DNA of 64,000 nucleotides. Source: a candidate division CPR3 bacterium GWF2_35_18. Its GTDB lineage: Bacteria; Patescibacteriota; CPR3; GWF2-35-18. The position numbers and the translations under genes are program-made. Below the pieces are notes generated by a model. The model did no database searches. It worked only from the letters and a program-made list of their open reading frames with translations, and had not been told where the DNA came from. The stretch covers positions 235,786 through 299,785 of the forward strand of contig MESW01000003.1 of assembly GCA_001771135.1 (NCBI GenBank), in the 5' to 3' direction. Positions within the stretch are counted from its first letter, which is position 1. Every line of letters starts with the position of its first letter. Positions 62,875 through 64,000 of the stretch are shown here, one piece after another.

Positions 62875-63732
62875 TTAACTCCACGCTATCGCTGCATATC
62901 CAACTACTTGGTGCTTATCTTCCATAACATCTCCCGAGTTTGCATATTTTAACAATTCCCCTTTCAATTTTAAATCCTTTGCGATAGTCATTCCAACTTC
63001 TATGGCCTGTTGTCCACAAGCACAAGTTGCTAAATTTTTAAATCCTTGTTGCATATTTTTATTAACAACTTCTTCTAATCGCTCTATCTCATTAGAGAGA
63101 ACCGCTTTAACGGTCATTTCATCAATTTTATTCGCAACATCATAACTTAGATAATGAGAAAGATCAGAACTTAAGATCACGACTGTCTCAGAATTCATAT
63201 TTTCTTCGATCTTAGCACAAAACCTTATAATTTCTAACTCATTCATTTTTCCTAAAATAATCGGGGTAATCGTGAAACTATTTTTGATCACTACCTGCAA
63301 AAAAGGAATCTGCACCTCTAAAGTATGTTCGTCTAGGTGGGCCTTAAAGTCTTCTCTAATATATTTTGAATCAATCAAACTTTGAGATAATTTTTCATCA
63401 ACTGCAATATCTCCCAAAGGCGTTCTCCAGTGACCTCTAATCCAAACTGCAGCTCCATCAAAATAAGATTGGTGCGAACAACCGATTAAAATAACTCTTT
63501 TTACTGTCAAGTTATTAAGTGTTTGGTAGGCATAAGCTGCCACAGATCCAGAATAGTCATAACCAGCATGAGGTACAAGGAGTATCTTTGGCAAAATATT
63601 GTCTTTTGAAGAAATACCGTTATTTAGAAAAAGTTCAATCTTTCCCTTTAATATATTGGGATTATCAGGATAAAAAGAACCAGCAAAAAAAGGTTGTCGA
63701 ATATTCATATTTTGAGTATTTTTGCAAACCAA
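62875..63732 (-). CDS. MEMO1-family protein (AmmeMemoRadiSam system protein B-like)
   Basis: FFAGSFYP...LLVPHAGYDYSG Memo motif. Confidence 0.8.
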   Translation of the reverse strand: MVCKNTQNMNIRQPFFAGSFYPDNPNILKGKIELFLNNGISSKDNILPKILLVPHAGYDYSGSVAAYAYQTLNNLTVKRVILIGCSHQSYFDGAAVWIRGHWRTPLGDIAVDEKLSQSLIDSKYIREDFKAHLDEHTLEVQIPFLQVVIKNSFTITPIILGKMNELEIIRFCAKIEENMNSETVVILSSDLSHYLSYDVANKIDEMTVKAVLSNEIERLEEVVNKNMQQGFKNLATCACGQQAIEVGMTIAKDLKLKGELLKYANSGDVMEDKHQVVGYAAIAWS

Positions 63733-64000
63733 TTTACTTTGTGTATATAATTATTCTAACTCATTTTAACATATTTTTATTTTACATATGTTCACTGCCA
63801 AAAAGAAGCTTGTTCTAAAAAAAGCGATCAAAACAAAATCTCCGACCCTACAATTTATAATTAATTATGAACGGATTTTCCTATTTATTGGACCAATTGC
63901 TGTTTTTATAATTATCCTGCTTATAGTATTGTTCATTGAAAATAACGATTTCTCAAAATTTTTTAACTTTTTTAAATATAAAGGTTGGACCCCCCCCAGC

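Noticed and set aside
1-64000. Alternative genetic code (UGA read as Gly, as in SR1/Gracilibacteria)
   Set aside because: Many well-supported genes terminate at TGA (e.g. 12799-13767), and RF2 is encoded. Standard code 11.
1-64000. CRISPR arrays, transposases or IS elements, integrases
   Set aside because: No regularly spaced direct repeats, DDE or serine/tyrosine recombinase motifs were found in any ORF.

Overview
AT-rich (roughly one-third GC) bacterial chromosome segment, densely packed and mostly minus-strand coding, with many 1-4 nt start/stop overlaps (translationally coupled operons). TGA is a stop codon and RF2 is present, so this is the standard bacterial code. The gene content suggests a reduced Gram-positive-type or CPR/Patescibacteria-like organism: class I LysRS, an LPXTG surface protein, an AmmeMemoRadiSam pair, and many secreted proteins. 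This taxonomic placement is an inference.

Contents of the window:
- 1-18997: a large cell-surface glycan locus. It holds a partial Wzy/WaaL-like ligase, a GT2 and three GT4 glycosyltransferases, and a DegT-family PLP/PMP enzyme whose His-for-Lys motif suggests a ColD/E1-type 3-dehydratase. It also holds a papain-like C1 peptidase with a DUF333 domain, a Wzx-type flippase, a nucleotide-sugar dehydrogenase and two tandem Gmd/Rmd-like SDRs. Further along are an RmlD/Fcl-like SDR, a true RmlB plus an adjacent RmlB paralog that has lost its catalytic residues, an FdtA/WxcM-like cupin, an RmlA-like nucleotidyltransferase and a GalE-like epimerase.
- 20871-27162: an orphan multi-TM GAF sensor histidine kinase preceded by what I consider the most interesting unit. 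This is an apparent operon of an XRE-HTH regulator, two paralogous GNAT-fold-like proteins (one with an inserted C4 zinc ribbon) and a pyruvoyl-dependent histidine-decarboxylase-like proenzyme. Candidate palindromic operators flank the divergent promoter.
- 27438-32402: a mosaic family of secreted/anchored proteins, including a CHAP-domain hydrolase. They are built from shuffled modules: two different conserved promoter/leader/signal-anchor 5' cassettes and a duplicated 150-aa domain. One copy retains a 21-aa remnant ORF.
- 32403-35457: a convergent intergenic region with a paired palindromic element showing compensatory base changes, a VanZ-like protein, and a 685-aa LPXTG surface protein with two lamin-tail domains, a PKD domain and a poly-Asp tract.
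- 35487-56135: housekeeping genes. These are rplI, envC-like M23 peptidase plus ftsX and ftsE, prfB, an 817-aa coiled-coil protein, a MazG-like NTP pyrophosphohydrolase, an EamA transporter, secA, pyrH, uppP, serS, a SerB-like HAD phosphatase, and a class I LysRS fused to a C-terminal B3/4 domain.
- 56136-57907: a 1.77-kb gap with no confident gene. Its approximately 1.1-kb core is conspicuously GC-rich, rich in hairpins, and contains short GC3-biased ORF fragments. It looks like foreign-origin or decayed DNA, or a structured RNA.
- 57908-63732: a KamA/YodP/YodQ-like beta-lysine module (M20 deacylase, lysine 2,3-aminomutase, GNAT), greA, and AMMECR1 plus a MEMO1-like protein.

No rRNA, tRNA, CRISPR array or transposase was recognised.
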